Assembly: GCA_043228905.1 (NCBI GenBank)
Contig: JBHGNT010000010.1
Location: 1,116,001 to 1,180,000, forward strand
Direction: 5' to 3'
DNA length: 64,000 nucleotides
Source of the DNA: Azolla caroliniana
Lineage: Eukaryota > Plantae > Polypodiophyta
The first letter of the stretch is position 1. Every line of letters starts with the position of its first letter. The translations under genes and the position numbers were made by a program. The notes below the pieces were generated by a model. The model saw only the letters and a program-made list of their open reading frames with translations. It searched no databases and was not told where the DNA came from. Below, piece after piece: positions 58,602-64,000 of this stretch.

Positions 58602-60728
58602 CAAAAGAATCACAAGAGGAAAATTCTCTCATCTAGTTGGGTCGTTGACATAATGGTTCTAAAGATGGGGTGTGGAAAACCTGTTAGTGCTTTCAAGTGG
58701 CGTTATTAAGTATGTAGTTATTGCGGAAAGGTTAATGGAACCTCTAAGGAAGAAGTGGGAAGATGCTAAAAGGACGATATTAAAATTACATTAAATGATG
58801 GGTTCAATATAACATAAGAATGATTATTGATTGTATTCAACCTTATCTCATTATTAACATGAGTATTAACCCTCATAGAGCCCTCACACTCCTTCATAGT
58901 TTATCACACAAGCTAGCTATTGAAGTTGCATAATGGCATCAAAATCTGACAAATATAAATGGATGCAAGGTATGTGAGAGAGGGGTAGTGGAGGATGAAT
59001 ATCATTTGCTATTTACATCCTCGACATATAATGAAATTCATGAGAGCTATGATGACTTGAGCGATAAAGAAAGCACCTAGAAGGTTGGCCTCATATGTGT
59101 ATGCCCTATTCACACACTGAGAGTTTGTGCTTCAAAGTATGATCCCTTCTTAGAAAGGAGACAAATTAAGAAAACTTTTGTACTTCTAAGGTTCAATGGG
59201 TCAATATACCTCTCTATGGATGTTTAAATAAATATATATCTGGTAAAAACACACAATAATATTAATTGTATGAAAGAAGTACTTTTAACTTTTCAACATA
59301 TTTTCTCACCCCAATTTGCGGATCAAAAGTGAAGGCGTTCCGCATATTCTAATTGAACCATAGCGGTGAATACATCAAGAACTCAAAATTAATTTGGAAA
59401 TGAGGTATCACTACACTATTCTCCACATGTGCAAAACCCCAATTGAATGAAGATAGTTTTACTTTGTCAAATATATCCACACTAAATTGATACACCTCCA
59501 AACCATTCTAGCCATATTGCATGATAGAAATCAATGCTTACTATGTTTCAATTCTAGTGAACTAAAGAAACACATTCTTCTAGCAATGTTTCTTTTGTTT
59601 AATGCATCCCCCCAATGCAAAAACGCCAACCATAACGCTCCAAATAAATATTATAGCTCATAACATCAACCGAGAACACCAACCCGCCTTGATCACATGA
59701 AAGTCATAGTATGAACCATACGTACCATATGTGCATTCGCATTCGTGACGGTTTCAATCATTCGAATATGGTAAACACCCTCAAAGAATGGTAAATACCA
59801 TACTTTTGGATTAACTATTTATTATGAGGTAAATAAACCTAAAAAAAGAAAAAAAGAAAAAAAAAACTTTAAAAAGGAGAAAAAACACAAGAATGTTTGA
59901 ATAACATTCGCATTCATTTTCTAACATAGGAAAACGAATGTTATGATAGATGAACACGAATTTTACGTACTATGCATGAAACTACCAAGTAATGGGCTTA
60001 CAAAAACCTCATAATTTTATAACCCTTTCTTTCATCCTCTTATGTTTTCCTAATAAACTTATGGTAACCATAATTTGTGAAATCAAAGTCAATCTCCTAT
60101 TTCGAACAAATGTTTAATCAAGTTCTTGAGATCTACCATCTAAATCAAGAATCAGGTCATATGATAATAATAATCCTTGCAAATTATTAACTAAATAAAG
60201 GTATAACCTCTTGGAATATGAAATGTTTTGATGTTTGAAAGACCTTAATATTCTTTGTGAAACCAACATGGCATCCTTGTTTATTATCAAACCCAATCTA
60301 GCCATCAAATTAAATTGAAGGGTATGTTTAGTTGTTTACTTTACCACCTCAACAACCTTGATGTCGCCAAAACTTCCATTTGTAATGGTTTGGCATATTC
60401 CCTTTCTTGTGGAGGATGCCATTGCTCAAAAGCCAACATACCTTGCCAAGACGTCGACAAATAATTAACTATCATACATTGCACATTTGACATGCCTTTT
60501 AGAATTAATAACATTCCACCAATTAACTTCAACTGCCATGTTTCTAGGATTAATTCATGTATTCTCTATAAAGCATGCACCATTTCCATCTAAGGTTGTA
60601 TACCCTTAAACATAAATTGAATGTAGTTAAAAAGGTTGTACACCCTCAAACATAAATCAAATCAAGGTAAATTGACGGGTGTGATCTAGTACTATAACAC
60701 CCTAAGAGGGTCTACCTTGCCATATCAT

Positions 60729-63700
60729 TGTCATGATATGGCATGGTATGGCTCCAAAAGGATTTAAACCCATGCCCTTGTGTTACATGGGTTGAGCCCT
60801 TACCATTAAACTATGCATTGTAATACGAAAGATATTATTTTCATTTATTATTTCACTATAGGAAATTCATGTATGTTCTAGATTACTCTGGAACATTCTA
60901 GAAACTTCAGGAGTACTCCTGACAACATATAAATAGAGGCATGTTATGTACACATAACGTTGGTGAGGGTAGGTCACTAATATTTACATTAGTGAAGGGT
61001 ATGTTCACTAATATTAAAAAGGGGACTAATGATTGGATAGAAGGAATGATAGGTGCATGCACTATCATGATTTGGACAACCAATGAATGGAGAGCCTTTT
61101 AGAAAGGCACATCTATTCAAGGGGCCGAGGAAAATGTATAAATATGGGCTTCACTACCCTCATAAGGACATTACGTCAGAAAGCTGTTGTCTTAGACATC
61201 GGTGGTGCGGGCTAGGCTTTCGTCTCGACGATCATATTTATCTCTTCCAAGGTATTAGTCATCCTAATATCCGACAGTATGGGACGTCGGTGGTAGGTTG
61301 GCTATGTCTAGATCATAGCTCGGGGGTGGTCGGGTGGAACGGGTTCTTCTATCAACTCTATTTTCCTTCTTTTAATTTATTTTGGTCTATTGATTAGTAA
61401 TAGACTCTTAACAGTGGTATCAGAGCTTTTACTAACAATTATTTTTGTTGTTTTGATATTTTTTGCATGTGAGCGATGGGGGATTTAACAAGGCTTGTCA
61501 TGCTCTTCTTAGGATCAAAACAACACTCTAAACCCGGTATTCTTCTTTCTCGATCCCTCTTCTTTCTATGATGCATTCTTGTTGTTCGAATCAAATGTGT
61601 ATTAGGTTTTCTTTTCTTTTCTTTTCTTTCTTCTTTCTACCACGATACGATTTTAATTATTATTGTGCAACAGGCCGAGCATGTTTGCACTAATCGCAAA
61701 CGCTCAACTCATGGCCCATTTGTATATTGCGATGTATCTCCTATGCTCCCCTCTCTTGAGCCTTCTCGTACGATATTAATTATTGTTGTGCATCGGGTCG
61801 AGCGTGTTTGCCTTAATCACACACGCTCACCTCATGGCCCTTTTGCATATGATGTTGAGTATGCCACTCTTCCCTCTATTGAGCCATCACTTGGCCGAGT
61901 CTATGGGATGTTGTGGCCATGACGAGGTGTATGTTGCCTACCTATGCCACTCTACTCTATATTGAGCCATCACTTGGCCGATTCTATGGGATGTTGTGGC
62001 CTTGACGAGGTATATGTCGCTTACCTATGTCACTTTACTCTTTATTGAGCCATCACTTGGCCGATTCTAGGGAGATGTGGTGGTCTTGAGGAGGTGCATG
62101 TCGACTACTCTAGGGTTTTGTACCTTAAGGCATGCTTAATGTTCCATACACCTAATTGCTTATTATTCTAATTAATTTCTAATTCCACAATTTTTCATTT
62201 CACTTATATGATTATCTCGTAATTATTGTTTTCTCGCCCACAATTAACTCTCCTTTTTCCCCTTCCTTTTCGCATATAAAGTATTTACGTGCTTCCGTGT
62301 AGACTATTTTTTTCGTATGGAGTGGGCATCATGCCGTTTTTTTTGAACGATTTTTTCCAACAGATCATCTACGTTTAACTCATATTATCGAGCCTTAGAA
62401 CTCGAGTAAAACCACATGAGTTCCTCTATTTATTTTTCTTCATAGATTTGAGCACCACATCTTTGCATATCAATTTGTGGCTTATGTCACAATAGTGCAA
62501 ATTATAACCATCATATTGGGATGTATATGTGCATACCTTGTACCTCCCATTTATTTGTGACATTGTTTTTTTAGTAGGTAGCACATCGGTTTTTTGACCC
62601 TTGTTTTCGTCACTACTTGCCTCTAATGGGTAGTTCCTTATTTTATCATTTTTATCATCACATTTGCTTATTACTGGCAAGACTAGAATATTACTTGCGA
62701 GTGCACTTGTTTTCTTCACATAATACACTTTCTCGACCATATCAATACATGCTGAGTTGGCATTAATATAAGGTTAACTAGGAAATTACATTGATGTTGG
62801 AACCATGGTTGAGCCTTGGGGAGCCGCCATGATTACTCAAGATAGAGATTCGAGAAAGACATCTTAGCTAAGTTTGCTCCCATGGTTTTTAAAACACCAT
62901 AGTGTTACCATAGTTATCGGATCTCGAATCACATCTCATATGTCTAGAGGGGTAAAGACGTGAGATGCTTTCTTGGTAAAGTTCTTCCAATCAAAATTTC
63001 AAGCATTCATTTTGCTTGTGTATTTTTTGAACCTCCTTATTTATATTGCATAACCACAACTTGCATCATGGAACAAGTTTTGAACGTTGTTGGAGCAATC
63101 TCTTCGACCGAGACCTCTCAACTCCAATCCGCATCTCGCACACAAGTTGAGATCACTATTGAGCAATTGCTCACTACTACCTTGAATCAATTGGCTGAAA
63201 TGAAGCAAGCCAATATAGCATTGGAAAAGAAATTCCAAGAATTGACTATTAAGTCCAAGAAAGAAGGTGAACCTTCTTTCGTAGTAACGCCATTCAAGGG
63301 AGATAAGAAAGAAAGAACCGAGGAGGCCATTAGCACTTGGCTTGGTAGTTGGGAGTCTCACTTTGAACTCCACCCCAAGCCCGATGCTGTAAAAATTGGT
63401 TATGTCGGTCGTGAGTTAGGTGGCTGAGCTGCTACTTGGTGGTGTGGCCTAAGGACTGCAAAGAACTTACCCACAACTTGGGAAGGTTTTGTTGATGTTT
63501 TTAAGAAACAGTTTCTGCAGCCACCTTCTCGAACTGAACAAGCGCAAAACTTGCTCACGTTGTCAAGTAAGCCATTTACCTCTCTTGAGGATTATGTGCA
63601 TCATGCTCGGACCTAGATCCAAAAATCGGAACTTACGGATGAGAAATGGTTTGTTGCTTGCTTTTTGAATGGTATTCCCAATGGGGATTACCATTGGATT

Positions 63701-64000
63701 GTCCATGACAAGGATCCCATAACTTTCGTGGAAGCTGTCAACATTGTACTTCAGTACCATAGGACTTCCAAGAAAGACTGCAATAAACTTGAGTTTGCCA
63801 AAACTCCGAATGTAAAGTTCATTGGGAAACGTAAGCAATCCAGTGACACTCTTGACCGCGACTCCAAGAAACCGAACCTCTTCTGTACATATTGCAAGAA
63901 GTGGGGCCACACAAAGGATACCCATCGTCGTCTTGAGAGGAAGTCAATGAACACCCCTCCTCAAGAAAAATCTACAAGTCACACAGGTAAGTCTTTTGAT
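60729..64000 (+). mobile_element. 5' part of a Ty3/gypsy element G (5' LTR about 60729-61413, long leader, degenerate gag); continues beyond the window
   Basis: TGTCATGA start similar to the 28328 LTR; LTR ends TTAACA; perfect iMet PBS TGGTATCAGAGC 61415-61426; gag from 63068 (AATWW...TTWEGFVDVFKKQFL, CTYCKKWGH) with a stop at 63425. Confidence 0.82.
61653..62100 (+). repeat. Tandem repeats in the leader of G (2 x about 123 bp, then 3 x 83 bp)
   Basis: GAGCCATCACTTGGCCGA at 61881, 61964 and 62047; TTAATTATT..GTGCA..CTCATGGCCC at 61653 and 61776. Confidence 0.85.

Larger units (their letters stand above)
40600..59200 (+). mobile_element. Old LINE remnant (about 40600-40762 and 58203-59200), host of gypsy element E; outer limits approximate
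   Basis: KLMLFKAMV / YGVEVW...IEKIQTMFL continues across E; CERGVVEDEYHLLFT zinc-knuckle-like remnant near 58975-59020. Confidence 0.6.

Noticed and set aside
59680-60700. Possible MITE or DNA-transposon remnant (repeated CATTCGCATTC, TACGTAC, AAGGTTGTA.ACCC..AAACATAAAT)
   Set aside because: Could not define terminal inverted repeats, a TSD or transposase motifs.

Overview
Eukaryotic, non-seed-plant-like (probably fern-type) nuclear DNA. It holds one intact host gene, a two-exon chalcone synthase (CHS, 38234-39606, +). The gene is flanked on both sides by deeply nested retrotransposons, most of which can be delimited by LTR pairs, PBS/PPT and target-site duplications (TSDs). The left nest (1-35.8 kb) appears to sit inside one L1-like LINE. 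The right nest (40.8-58.2 kb) sits inside a short-LTR Ty3/gypsy element that interrupts an old LINE. The most distinctive system is a tRNA-Trp-primed Ty3/gypsy group with TGTCG...CGACA termini and 4-bp, CpG-centred TSDs. It includes a very young, intact autonomous element (737-8224) whose Gag-PR and RT-RH-IN ORFs are joined by a candidate -1 frameshift (G GAU UUU plus a covarying pseudoknot). It also includes a decayed relative (43884-50918) and a pol-less, capsid-only partner family (two copies) that shares PBS, PPT, termini and a covarying pre-PPT hairpin and carries arrays of hairpin modules. Other oddities are antisense tRNA-like A/B-box cassettes in two LTR families, a telomere-repeat patch in one copia LTR, a foreign RNase H fragment captured in an LTR, and an inverted U5 end. 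All calls were made by eye, without searches or folding software.
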